64,000 nucleotides of DNA from Alphaproteobacteria bacterium (GCA_045633945.1 JAZQZH010000052.1:28322-92321); one strand, 5' to 3'; shown: positions 10,478 through 22,214, numbered from the stretch's first letter. Numbers and translations are program-made. Notes: a model not told the origin generated them from the letters alone.

Positions 10478-10930
10478 CTAATAGTATGTATTATCTAGTG
10501 GAACATCTTGGTTAACGCTTTGCGGCCTATATACAAACAAATTGCTTGCTTCTGGAATATCGTTTGTTCTTTCCACATATCCTTTTCTTAACATGCACTT
10601 TTGATATTTTCTTGGACTTGCATCTGTATCATCTCTAACAGAGTTAACCAAAACCGGCATTGCTCCAGGATACGGAATGAAACTTGCCCAGATACCATGT
10701 TCTTTATGCCATCTTACAATAATATTATATCTTTGCTCTTCTGTATAAAACCAACTTCTAAAATTTGGCATTAATTTCAGCGCCTCAGCCTGTCTCATGC
10801 ACTCTGAATGATCACGAGCAAACTTTATACCTCCGGTGTTATATCTATCCCAATGAAAAACAACTTGCCCTCTTGTACTTGAACAGGAACACTGCAATAT
10901 AAGCAATAAAAATAAAAAAAACTTTCTCAT
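10478..10930 (-). CDS. hypothetical secreted protein or lipoprotein
   Basis: It has a signal-peptide-like N-terminus (MRKFFLFLLLILQCSCSS) and starts 1 nt after the GST stop. I recognise no family. Confidence 0.5.
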   Translation of the reverse strand: MRKFFLFLLLILQCSCSSTRGQVVFHWDRYNTGGIKFARDHSECMRQAEALKLMPNFRSWFYTEEQRYNIIVRWHKEHGIWASFIPYPGAMPVLVNSVRDDTDASPRKYQKCMLRKGYVERTNDIPEASNLFVYRPQSVNQDVPLDNTYY

Positions 10931-10931
10931 A

Positions 10932-11597
10932 TTAAAAATCCAAATTAGTATAGTGAGGTGATGGAGGTATCCCCCTTATGTTATCTTTTAGTATATCCCT
11001 AAAACTAGGGCGTGATTTTATTTTTGAAAACCATAATTTTGCACTTTTATACTCTCCCCATGATATATCTCCAAGATAATCAATAACAGAAAGGTGTGCC
11101 GCCGCAGTAATATCTGCAAGCGACAAATCATTTCCTGCAAGATAATTATTACGGTCTGCAAGATAGTCTATATATTCCATATGATACTTTAGATTATTTA
11201 ACCCTGCTTTTAAAACTTTAGAATTTGGTGGTTGTTTGTGATGAAATCTTTTTATAATTTTTTCAGTAACTATATATTTATACACTTCATTATAAAATTT
11301 GGTATCAAACCAATCAACAATTCTTCTAACCTCTGCTCTTTGTTTAGGATCCTCTGGTAGTAGTTTGTATTGAGGGCTACATTCTTCTAGATATTCTGTT
11401 ATAGCATAGTTACCAGAAATAACTGTACCATCAAAAACCAATACGGGTAAATCTTCTGCGGGATTAAACTCTTTCACTTTATTAGATAAATTCCAAGGAT
11501 CTTCTTCTTTTAGAACAAAAAGCATCTTTTTTTCTGCCATTATCAATCTCATCTTGCGTGATTGAGGTGATGTCGTATGATGAATTAAAAGAACCAT
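10932..11597 (-). CDS. glutathione S-transferase family protein
   Basis: The N-terminal thioredoxin-like part (SPQSRKMRLIMAEKK...LPVLVFDG) and the helical C-terminal domain (LSLADITAAAHLSVIDYLG) are typical of GSTs. Confidence 0.75.
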   Translation of the reverse strand: MVLLIHHTTSPQSRKMRLIMAEKKMLFVLKEEDPWNLSNKVKEFNPAEDLPVLVFDGTVISGNYAITEYLEECSPQYKLLPEDPKQRAEVRRIVDWFDTKFYNEVYKYIVTEKIIKRFHHKQPPNSKVLKAGLNNLKYHMEYIDYLADRNNYLAGNDLSLADITAAAHLSVIDYLGDISWGEYKSAKLWFSKIKSRPSFRDILKDNIRGIPPSPHYTNLDF

Positions 11598-11636
11598 TTT
11601 TTACTCCTGTTTTTTTGTATGCTATACATAATGTTT

Positions 11637-12569
11637 TTAATTTTCAACTGTTTGTTCTAATTTAATTGTGTTTGTATATGTTGGAGGAATTACGCCACTT
11701 GTGTTTTCTTTATAATACTCTAGAATTTCAGATAATGCTTTATCTCTTTTTTGTTTAAATTCTGGACTTTTAATATGTTTTCTTATTGTGCTTAATCTCT
11801 TGTGATTAAAAACAGCTGGAGCAAACTTAAAGAATAACGCCACCTTCCAAATAGGAGTTGAACTATAATTTACATATTTTCTTACGCCTTTTTTGTATAA
11901 TTCTATCTGACAACGATAATAACTACCAACCATAAAATCCGCCTGACCAGTTAGTAGCGCTTCAAAAGCTTCATCAAACGTTTCTTTAGCGTCTATATTT
12001 AGAGTTTTAAACTCTTTTTCAACTGTGGCGCCTAATTTGTCTTGCTTTGCATAGACACCTTTATATTTTTTTAGATCTTCTTTTACACCTACATCAATTT
12101 TTTTGTCTTGGGTTGTTATTAGATGTATATTGTTTTCAAAAATAGCTGGATAAAGAAATTCGTTTCTAGAATATTTTACTACTTCATATGGCTGAGCAAA
12201 TATTCCTGCAATACCAAGTCTATATTTTTCTTCCTCTCTTAAAACCTTTTCGTAATCATTTACTTCTTTTTCATAGCTACCATTTGTATAGTATAAGAAA
12301 ATACCAATATGCTCATCATTGAGTAAATCACTAAAAATTTCAGAAAATATTGAACCTTGTTTTGCAGAAGATATGGGGAAGTTATCGGGATCGGCATATA
12401 CATATAAATTATATTGATCAACAAAGGCATCTTTTCTGAATGTAAATGAATATACAGGTTGCTTATAACTCTCAACCTCTAAGGTTTTGTAATCCAAATT
12501 ATAAAACTCTTCAGCCTTTAGAGGTATTGAAAAGCACAATGCTAAAATTATTGTAGTGATAAACTTCAT
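11637..12569 (-). CDS. periplasmic solute-binding-like protein (family 3 SBP-like), function unknown
   Basis: It has a signal peptide (MKFITTIILALCFSIPLKA). The C-terminal half (FEALLTGQADFMVGSYY...) resembles amino-acid-type SBP folds. The assignment is weak. Confidence 0.4.
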   Translation of the reverse strand: MKFITTIILALCFSIPLKAEEFYNLDYKTLEVESYKQPVYSFTFRKDAFVDQYNLYVYADPDNFPISSAKQGSIFSEIFSDLLNDEHIGIFLYYTNGSYEKEVNDYEKVLREEEKYRLGIAGIFAQPYEVVKYSRNEFLYPAIFENNIHLITTQDKKIDVGVKEDLKKYKGVYAKQDKLGATVEKEFKTLNIDAKETFDEAFEALLTGQADFMVGSYYRCQIELYKKGVRKYVNYSSTPIWKVALFFKFAPAVFNHKRLSTIRKHIKSPEFKQKRDKALSEILEYYKENTSGVIPPTYTNTIKLEQTVEN

Positions 12570-12682
12570 TTATCTGCTCCCAAGATAAAAAGATTCTTTG
12601 ATATTTAAAGTATAGCTGTTATTATATTAAAAAATACTTTATCTTTGTAAAAACATTATAAAATTCTTTAGAGTGGTAAAAC

Positions 12683-13477
12683 GTGTCTGATAATATGGAT
12701 TTTGTTTATGATAGTCTTTTTTTAACACGATTGAAAAAACAAAATATATCTGTTTTTCTTTCTGGTGCGGAGCAAGTTGGCACCTCTTGGTGCACACTTT
12801 CTTTGGCACACGCACTTAATTTGAAACAAAAAAAAGTGCTGGCGGTTGATGGAAATGGAGGATTATCAAATATATCTTCATATATTGTATTACAAAACCC
12901 TTATTATTTAGAGGATTATATAAAAGGAAAAAAAACATTAAATCAGCTTGTTGTCGCATATAAAAATAAGGATTTTAATTTTTTAATGGGCAATCCTGGC
13001 AATAAATTTTTATCAAATGAACCTATAGGGAGAATCCAATTATTTAGCCAAGATTTACAAATATTATCCAATAATTATGACTTTACACTTATTGATTTTG
13101 GCGCTGATATAAACAACAACCTTAGTTTGCTACAAATTGCTAAAAATGTTATTATACTTTGTTCTGAAGAAAGTGCTGATTTAATAAAAACTCTAGATTT
13201 AATTAAATTTATTGATACATTAGGTTTTGATGTTGAGTGTAAAATAATTATAAATAAAGTTAATTCCTTTGAAGACGGATATAAGGTTTATGAAAGACTG
13301 AACAGAGCAATAGAAAGAAACGGCTTGAATTTTCCAGAACTATTGGGTATTATTAGACAGGATGCTCGTATTCGTGACACTATTAAAAACAAAGAATTGC
13401 TTTTGACAAGGTATCCCAAATCGGAAGCAGCTCAAGATATATCAGATATTGTAGAAAAACTTAGCCAAGGAGTATAA
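12683..13477 (+). CDS. ParA/MinD-fold protein with a degenerate Walker A (likely pseudo-ATPase)
   Basis: It aligns with the ParA in this window, but KGGVGKT is replaced by GAEQVGT. A Walker-B-like FTLIDFG is retained. The start is GTG 12683, with an alternative ATG at 12695. Confidence 0.65.
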   Translation: MSDNMDFVYDSLFLTRLKKQNISVFLSGAEQVGTSWCTLSLAHALNLKQKKVLAVDGNGGLSNISSYIVLQNPYYLEDYIKGKKTLNQLVVAYKNKDFNFLMGNPGNKFLSNEPIGRIQLFSQDLQILSNNYDFTLIDFGADINNNLSLLQIAKNVIILCSEESADLIKTLDLIKFIDTLGFDVECKIIINKVNSFEDGYKVYERLNRAIERNGLNFPELLGIIRQDARIRDTIKNKELLLTRYPKSEAAQDISDIVEKLSQGV

Positions 13478-13479
13478 GT

Positions 13480-15768
<2,289 letters not shown>

Positions 15769-15769
<1 letters not shown>

Positions 15770-16722
15770 TGGCTGAAAAAAAAGTTTGCGAATCGAATGA
15801 TAGTTTATTATCTGCTTTTATTAGAGAAAACGAAAAAGAAGGTATTCGTGTTTTTGTAGCAGGTGGTTCTCGAGGTGGAAATAACCCTATTTATACAAAA
15901 GAAACATACAACCTTGGAAAATCTATTGTAAAAATGGGATTTAAACTTGACTTTGGATTGTCAAACTCTGGCATTATGGGAGCCGTTGCTAAAGGAGTTA
16001 TGGATGCGTGGAATGAAAAAAACTGCCCAGATAAAAACCTTCCTATTATAGGAATTACAACTGAGGAATATTTTAAACTATATGACTCAAATGATGAGAT
16101 GATTAAACATATTGATGTTATATTTGCTAAAACTCTTGAAGAAAGAAAACAACGTCTCTTGGACGCTGATTTTGTTGTTTTTGCTCCCGGCGGGGTTGGA
16201 ACTCTTGATGAATTAGCTTATGATTGTGTTGCTATGCAAGATGGGTTACTGCAAAAGAAGCCGTTTATTTTATATAATATCAATGGTTTTTTCCATCATC
16301 TTTTAGAATTCTTGAAATCTATGGCAAACAAAGGTTTTGCTGATCCTGTTCCATTTATTGTGGTAGATAATGAGTTTGAGCTAGAAGTTGCTTTTGAGTT
16401 ATTAAAATCAAAATATGGTAAATGTGAAAAAGATAAGAACAAGGTTTATGCAAATGCTAGACAGCTTGTTTATGAATTACCTTATTTCATTAAACGTCGA
16501 GAAGAAACAAAACTAGATATAGTTGATATTATCAGAGAAGTTTGTGCAACACGAGCCTTTGGTGATGAAAGAGAAAAATCAGCGTTAGATAGCGATATTG
16601 AAACAGCTTATCTAGAAAAAGAGATTGAGCGCATGTATGACAGACTTGCTAAAACAGGTAGAGATACTTCTGTTGTTAGTTATAAATTATCTAGATTAAA
16701 AAGAAGAAAAAGAAAGCTGTAA
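15769..16722 (+). CDS. LOG/PpnN-family nucleotide 5'-monophosphate N-glycosidase-like protein with a C-terminal extension
   Basis: It carries the motifs GIMGAVAKG and PGGVGTLDEL (PGGxGTxxE). About 120 extra helical residues end in RLKRRKRKL. The start overlaps the tgt stop (TAATG). Confidence 0.75.
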
Positions 16723-17633
16723 TGAAAAAACTAGTTTTTATTTTATTGGTTGTTGCACAATTTTTGATTGCTACTGATGTTTTTGCTAATTTTGGCTTTG
16801 ATAAATCCACAAGCACTCTTAATATGCATTTTGAAGATTATCACGGAATTGGCAATAGATTAAAGAAACTAATTTCTTATGTTCGTTATTATAAACCGCA
16901 AAATATAAATATTTTTTGGACAGATAAGGGATGGGTTTCAGCTAAATTTTTTGATTTGTTTGAGTTTAAATATCCAGCATATATTAGAGAATATAACCAC
17001 CCAATGCTTATAAATGATAAACACCCTTTAGCAAATCCTTTATTTAAGTACGTTAGAGGATGGGGGCTTTTGGTTGCTAGAAATGATTTTAAATCTGTTG
17101 AACCATTCTCTATTGACCGCCAATATAACAATATCCCTCCTGAGGTAATTGATATTTATGCTCAATATTTTTCTTTACTAAAACCATCTTCAAAAGTTAT
17201 GAAAAGACTTAACGATATAAAGATTGATAAGAGCGTTGTTTGTATACAAGTAAGAAATCATCATGATTATGAAAAATGGTTTGGCGGAAATGAAAAATTA
17301 GAAACTTTTTTTGAAGCTATGGATAAACATCCTAAAAACACAGTGTTTTTTCTTAGTGCAATGTCTAAAGAAGTGGCAAATAAATTTTATGAACGATATC
17401 GTGGTAGAATATTTGAACTGCCAAATAAGAACTACTCCTCTATGATTGATGCGGTTGCGGATATGTTCATTTTGGGCTCAACAAATGAAACTTTGTGTTC
17501 ATATATGAGTACATTTTGCGAAGTTGGTTGGTGGCTAAATGGTGGAAAATCTAAGGTAAAAGTTATTGGAAACGGAGATTATTTTACAAGAAAAGCGGAC
17601 ACTCTTGAAATTATGGATTATATTCCTCAATAA
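16722..17633 (+). CDS. signal-anchored glycosyltransferase-like protein (GT11/GT23 fucosyltransferase-superfamily motifs)
   Basis: It has a hydrophobic N-terminus (MKKLVFILLVVAQFLIATDVFA). It also has HGIGNRL (GxGN motif), IQVRNHHDY (cf. HxRRGDY) and STFCEVGWWL (cf. STFSWWAAWL). The start overlaps the LOG stop (TAATG). Confidence 0.45.
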   Translation: MKKLVFILLVVAQFLIATDVFANFGFDKSTSTLNMHFEDYHGIGNRLKKLISYVRYYKPQNINIFWTDKGWVSAKFFDLFEFKYPAYIREYNHPMLINDKHPLANPLFKYVRGWGLLVARNDFKSVEPFSIDRQYNNIPPEVIDIYAQYFSLLKPSSKVMKRLNDIKIDKSVVCIQVRNHHDYEKWFGGNEKLETFFEAMDKHPKNTVFFLSAMSKEVANKFYERYRGRIFELPNKNYSSMIDAVADMFILGSTNETLCSYMSTFCEVGWWLNGGKSKVKVIGNGDYFTRKADTLEIMDYIPQ

Positions 17634-17635
17634 CA

Positions 17636-19318
17636 TTAAAATAATGTATCTGTTGTATTTTTGTTTATAAGAACAGATGCAGCTGCGCGAGCTTCTTTGG
17701 TAATTATCTCTCCTGCCAACATGCGGGCTATTTCTTCATTTTTTCCATTTTCATCAAGCTTTATTAAATGCGTGGTAGTTGTATTATCTTTGCTTATTTT
17801 TTCTACTTTAAAATGATGATCACCAAAAGATGCTACTTGAGGAGAATGTGTCACAATAAAAATTTGACCACATTTTGAAAGGCGAGATAAACGTTCACCC
17901 ACAGCCTCTGCTGTTGCTCCACCTATTCCTATATCTATCTCATCAAAAATTAGTGTTTCTTGTTGTGTTGTTTGTGTTAAATTTACCTTTAGTGCCAACA
18001 TAAAGCGAGATAACTCGCCGCCTGAAGCTATTTTATTAAGTGGTCCAAATGGGGTGTTGGGATTAGTTGAAACCTCAAAACAAACCTTATCCCATCCTGT
18101 TTCGGTCCAAAACTCTTCGCTTTGAGTTGCAATATTTGTTTTAAATTTTGCCTTTTCCATTTTCAGCGATGGTAATTCTTTGGCCATATTTTTATCTAAT
18201 TTTTCAGCTGAACTTTGGCGTGATTTACTTAGCTTTTGTGCTATTATCATGTATTCTTGTTTGAGTTTTTTTATGGTTTCTTTTAACTCATCTAGATGCT
18301 CTTCTTTATTTTGTAAATTATTTAATTTATCTGTTAACTCCTCTAATTTATTTGGCAATAAATCTATTTCTACACGATGTTTTTTTGCTAAATCTTTTAA
18401 TAAAAATAGACGTGTTTCAATATTATCTATTTCGTTTTGATTTAGGGAAATATCTGATGAACTATTTTCTATTTCTGATATTATATCGTTTAGATTGTAA
18501 AGCGAATTTTCTAAAACCTCTTCGATATTGGAATATTTTCCATTAACATACTCATTTGCTTTAGATATGGCATTTCTTGCTTTCGTTATTTGTTCTATTA
18601 CAGATATTGAGCCATTTAAACTAGTATATGCTATATTTAACTTATCTATAATTTTTTCTGCATTCATTAGTTCTGAGCGTCTTATTTTAAGCTCTTCTTC
18701 TTCGCCTTTTTTTACTGAAGCTTTTTCCAGTTCTTTTATCCAATGTGATATATTCTCTTCATCTTGTTTAAATTGCTCTATCTCTTCTTCTTTGTTTTTT
18801 AATTCTTTTTGAGTTATTTTAAGTTTTTTATAAATAGATTTTAAATCTTCAATAAGCGAATCGTGTTTACCGTATACATCTAATATTTCACAATGAGATT
18901 CTGGATTTAGTAAACCTTGGTTATCATGTTGGCCGTGTATTTCTATAAGATTTGAACTCAACTCTTTTAATAGCTTTAGAGTTATTGGTTGGTCATTAAA
19001 AAATATTTTATTTTTGCCTTCTTGAGTTATTACTCGCTTAATAATAACTTCTTCATTAATATCTAAATCATAAACCTCTGATAGTTTATGTATATTGTTA
19101 TCTTTATTTATTTCAAAAATTCCTGTTACTGTTAGCTTATCTGCTCCAGACCTTATTAGCGATACTTCTGAACGATTACCCAATAATAAGCCTAGAGAAT
19201 CTAAAAGAATAGACTTACCAGCACCTGTTTCACCACTTAAAACGGTTAGTCCCTTAGAAAAATCTATATCTAAACTTTCAATTAAGACAACATTTCTTAT
19301 AGATAGAGATTTTAGCAT
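17636..19318 (-). CDS. recN: DNA repair protein RecN
   Basis: It has the SMC-like layout: Walker A GETGAGKSILLDSL, a long coiled coil, and C-terminal ASGGELSRFMLALK and LIFDEIDIGIGG. Confidence 0.95.
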   Translation of the reverse strand: MLKSLSIRNVVLIESLDIDFSKGLTVLSGETGAGKSILLDSLGLLLGNRSEVSLIRSGADKLTVTGIFEINKDNNIHKLSEVYDLDINEEVIIKRVITQEGKNKIFFNDQPITLKLLKELSSNLIEIHGQHDNQGLLNPESHCEILDVYGKHDSLIEDLKSIYKKLKITQKELKNKEEEIEQFKQDEENISHWIKELEKASVKKGEEEELKIRRSELMNAEKIIDKLNIAYTSLNGSISVIEQITKARNAISKANEYVNGKYSNIEEVLENSLYNLNDIISEIENSSSDISLNQNEIDNIETRLFLLKDLAKKHRVEIDLLPNKLEELTDKLNNLQNKEEHLDELKETIKKLKQEYMIIAQKLSKSRQSSAEKLDKNMAKELPSLKMEKAKFKTNIATQSEEFWTETGWDKVCFEVSTNPNTPFGPLNKIASGGELSRFMLALKVNLTQTTQQETLIFDEIDIGIGGATAEAVGERLSRLSKCGQIFIVTHSPQVASFGDHHFKVEKISKDNTTTTHLIKLDENGKNEEIARMLAGEIITKEARAAASVLINKNTTDTLF

Positions 19319-19326
19319 TTATATTT

Positions 19327-20079
19327 TTAATCCTTTTTTACTAACTTCTGCGCTCTTTTTGACCACTTACTATTTGGGTAATTGGATGATAATATGCGCT
19401 CTTTCTTTTCTGCTTCTTTAGATAGACCTAATATTGTATATATTTCAACTTCTCTATATAAAGCCTCTTCTATTTGAGCAGTTGTTTGATATACATCTGT
19501 TACTGTTGAAAATCTATTTAATGCTGACATATATTCTTTATTCTCTAAATAATATCTTCCAACAGACATTTCATGACCAGCAAGATGATCTTCTATTAGT
19601 GACATTTTGCTTTTGGCATCTTTTGCATACTCTGAATCTGGAAAAAGTGTTATCACTTGTGTAAATGCATCGTACGCATCTTTTGTGGAAGATTGCTCTT
19701 TTTCTGACGACACTATTTGGTCATAAAAACAAACACCCTTTAGATAATATGCATATGCTACATCTTTGTTTCCTGGATGTAGTCTTATAAATCTGTCTAG
19801 AGACATTATGGCATCATCATATTTTTCACCTTTGTAGTATGAGTAGGCGCTCATTAATTTAGACTTGGTTGCCCATTTAGAATAAGGGTGCTCGAGCTCT
19901 ATTTTATCGAATGTTTCTGCCGCTTTTTGATATGATGTTTTTTCAAGATATCCATATCCCTCATTATATAACATTTCGGCTGTTTTATCTTCATCGTTTA
20001 TAATATTTTCACTTGTATTTGCGCATGCAGATAAAAGTAATAAAAAAGTACATTGTAGGAATATAAGTAACTTTTTCAC
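19327..20079 (-). CDS. bamD: outer membrane protein assembly factor BamD
   Basis: It has the lipobox LLLSAC, TPR-like repeats, about 250 aa, and sits in a conserved lpxC-bamD-recN arrangement. Confidence 0.85.
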   Translation of the reverse strand: MKKLLIFLQCTFLLLLSACANTSENIINDEDKTAEMLYNEGYGYLEKTSYQKAAETFDKIELEHPYSKWATKSKLMSAYSYYKGEKYDDAIMSLDRFIRLHPGNKDVAYAYYLKGVCFYDQIVSSEKEQSSTKDAYDAFTQVITLFPDSEYAKDAKSKMSLIEDHLAGHEMSVGRYYLENKEYMSALNRFSTVTDVYQTTAQIEEALYREVEIYTILGLSKEAEKKERILSSNYPNSKWSKRAQKLVKKD

Positions 20080-20094
20080 GTTGCCCTCCTAAAT

Positions 20095-20949
20095 TTATAT
20101 CAATTCATAATTATCTGTTGAACTAAATAAAACCTTAAGTATTTCATTATTATGACGATGACCTGTTTTATTTGCAACCACTTTAGCTAAAATATGATAA
20201 CCGGAAGTGTATAAATCACCAACTGTATCCATTACTTTGTGATTTACACATTCGTTTTGTATTCTAAACCCTTCTGGATTTAAGAGCTTATCATCATCTA
20301 ATACCACCGCATTATCTAGCGACCCGCCTTTTATCAAACCTATGGATTTCAAGTAGTCAACTTGGTATTTTTCACAAAATGTGCGACATTGAACAATCTC
20401 TTTTTCGAAAACACTTTTAGTAATCTCTGATGAAAAATTTTGATGACCAACTATTGGGGATGGAAAATTTATATCAAAGCATATTTCAAACTTATCTGAA
20501 GGAGATAATGTTATGGAACAACCATCGTTATCTTTATATGTTATTTCTTTTTTTAGTCTTAAAAATTTGCGTGGCGCATCTTGTTCTATTAACTCTACTT
20601 TTTGTATCTCATAAAAAAACACTAAGCCGCTGCCATCTAATATTGGGGTTTCTGCTCCATCAATTTCAATAAAAGCATTATCAATTCCTAAACTATACAA
20701 AACAGCCATTAAATGTTCTATTGTGCTAACAATGTTTTCTTTATCTGTACCGATACATGTACAATTTCTTGTATCTATCACATTGGTAAATAACGCTTGA
20801 ATTGGCAAAGATTTTTGAATATCGGTTCTTTGAAATGTAATACCACTATTTTTGGGCGCTGGATTTATTTTCAACACAACATCTTGCCCTGAGTGTAACC
20901 CTATGCCTTTTATTGTTATTGAGTCTTTTAGCGTATATTGATTTGCCAT
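20095..20949 (-). CDS. lpxC: UDP-3-O-acyl-N-acetylglucosamine deacetylase
   Basis: The sequence TLKDSITIKGIGLHSGQDVVLKINPA and STIEHLMAVL is typical of LpxC. ATG 20949 is preceded by GGAG. The track start at 21042 runs into the RNase P RNA and is rejected. An alternative ATG is at 20961. Confidence 0.9.
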   Translation of the reverse strand: MANQYTLKDSITIKGIGLHSGQDVVLKINPAPKNSGITFQRTDIQKSLPIQALFTNVIDTRNCTCIGTDKENIVSTIEHLMAVLYSLGIDNAFIEIDGAETPILDGSGLVFFYEIQKVELIEQDAPRKFLRLKKEITYKDNDGCSITLSPSDKFEICFDINFPSPIVGHQNFSSEITKSVFEKEIVQCRTFCEKYQVDYLKSIGLIKGGSLDNAVVLDDDKLLNPEGFRIQNECVNHKVMDTVGDLYTSGYHILAKVVANKTGHRHNNEILKVLFSSTDNYELI

Positions 20950-20972
20950 ATTTTTCTCCATAAAAAAATAAT

Positions 20973-21351
20973 TAGGTGACCTATAAGCCGAGTTATGTAC
21001 TATACATCTTGTTTTGACAAGATTAAAGCGGTAGCTATTCATCTAGACCAAATGTTACCATTTGGTTCGAGCGACCTACCTCTGGAGTAGAGTGGAAACG
21101 CTCTATAATACGACAATAGTCGCCTCCTAACTTGGTCTTGCGTCAGACAGGGTTTACCTTGCCAAAAGATATTGCTATCTTTGCGGTGAGCTCTTACCTC
21201 GCCTTTTCAACCTTACCAAACAGATGTTTGGCGGTAACTTTCTGTGGCACTTTCCCTTAGATTTCTCTAGCCGGACGTTATCCGGTGCCTTGTTTCCATG
21301 ACGCTCGGACTTTCCTCACTATAAAAAATAGCGCAGCTACCCGGTCACCAT
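20973..21351 (-). ncRNA. rnpB: RNase P RNA, bacterial type A
   Basis: The reverse complement contains GAGGAAAGTCCGAGC (universal CR-I), ACAGAAAGTTACCGCC, GGTAAGGTTGAAAAGGCGAGGTAAGAGCTCACCGC, CTAGATGAATAGCTACC and ACATAACTCGGCTTATAGGTCACC. The 5' GGTGACC (21343-21349) pairs with the 3' GGTCACC (20975-20981) as P1. This is a GC-enriched island with no credible ORF. The ends are approximate, to within about 5 nt. Confidence 0.9.
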
Positions 21352-21504
21352 GTTTTTTGTTTATCATATATATATAAAAAATCAATATATTTAAGCCTTA
21401 TATATAAAATTAACCTTTTGTTAATTTTTTACTTGATTTATTGAAAATTTATGATATTTTGTCCAAAAAATAAAATAAAAACATTTAAAATCGGAGTTTC
21501 ACTT

Positions 21505-22116
21505 ATGACAAAAAAAATATTTTTAGCACTTTTTGCGTTTTGTTTTGTTTGTTGCGCAAAAAATTCTTATGCTGAATGTGATGGGTTTTATCTAGCTGGT
21601 CGTCTTGGTCGTGCAAAAATTGAACAAAAAGAAGCTAGAAACAACGTTGATAGTTATGAAAATGATGGCGTAATCAACAAAAAAAGATTACTTGCTAGTG
21701 GTGCTATTGGTTATCGCCATGAACACTGGAGAGGCGAGCTCGAGTATATTTGGAGAAAAAAGAACAATAAAAATCTTGGCGGTGTATCAGATGTATCTTT
21801 TAAATCTCAATCACTTATGCTCGTTGTCTATTATGATTTCTTCCCTTATTCTTGGTTTACACCATTTGTTAATGCTGGTGTAGGTTATACTAACAATAAA
21901 CTAGATATTGCTATTCCTGTTGTTGGAGCAAAATATAAAGTTAAAGGGGACAACTTTACATGGTCTCTTGGTGCAGGTATTTCTGCAAAAATGACAAACC
22001 GCTTAAATATTGATCTTGGTTATAGATATTATGATATGGGCGATTTAGATACTTTGAATGCGAAAACAGAAACATCTGACCACGAAGTTTATATGGGTGT
22101 GAGATACGTTTTGTAA
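21505..22116 (+). CDS. small outer membrane beta-barrel protein (Omp25/OmpA-like barrel)
   Basis: It has a signal peptide (MTKKIFLALFAFCFVCCAKNSYA) and alternating beta-strand pattern, ending GVRYVL. GGAG lies upstream of ATG 21505. The track start at 21451 is unsupported. Confidence 0.7.
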   Translation: MTKKIFLALFAFCFVCCAKNSYAECDGFYLAGRLGRAKIEQKEARNNVDSYENDGVINKKRLLASGAIGYRHEHWRGELEYIWRKKNNKNLGGVSDVSFKSQSLMLVVYYDFFPYSWFTPFVNAGVGYTNNKLDIAIPVVGAKYKVKGDNFTWSLGAGISAKMTNRLNIDLGYRYYDMGDLDTLNAKTETSDHEVYMGVRYVL

Positions 22117-22142
22117 AAAAATAAATCAAGAATTTTGATATT

Positions 22143-22207
22143 GAGCTTGCAAAATCTGTTTTATAGCTTTAGCCTAGGTTAAAAACATAAACAGATTTTG
22201 GGAGCTC
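22143..22207 (+). promoter_or_regulatory. long hairpin followed by a T-run, immediately upstream of glmM (terminator and/or SD-sequestering structure)
   Basis: caaaatctgttt (22150-22161) is the perfect complement of aaacagattttg (22189-22200). The outer gagct (22143-22147) pairs with agctc (22203-22207). T7 follows directly, then ATG 22215. The glmM GGGAG lies in the 3' arm. Confidence 0.4.
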
Positions 22208-22214
22208 TTTTTTT

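Noticed and set aside
20950-21042. The N-terminal 31-aa extension of lpxC in the track (MNSYRFNLVKTRCIVHNSAYRSPNYFFMEKN).
   Set aside because: It overlaps the 3' part of the RNase P RNA, including the P1 3' strand. ATG 20949 has a GGAG upstream and gives a typical LpxC N-terminus.
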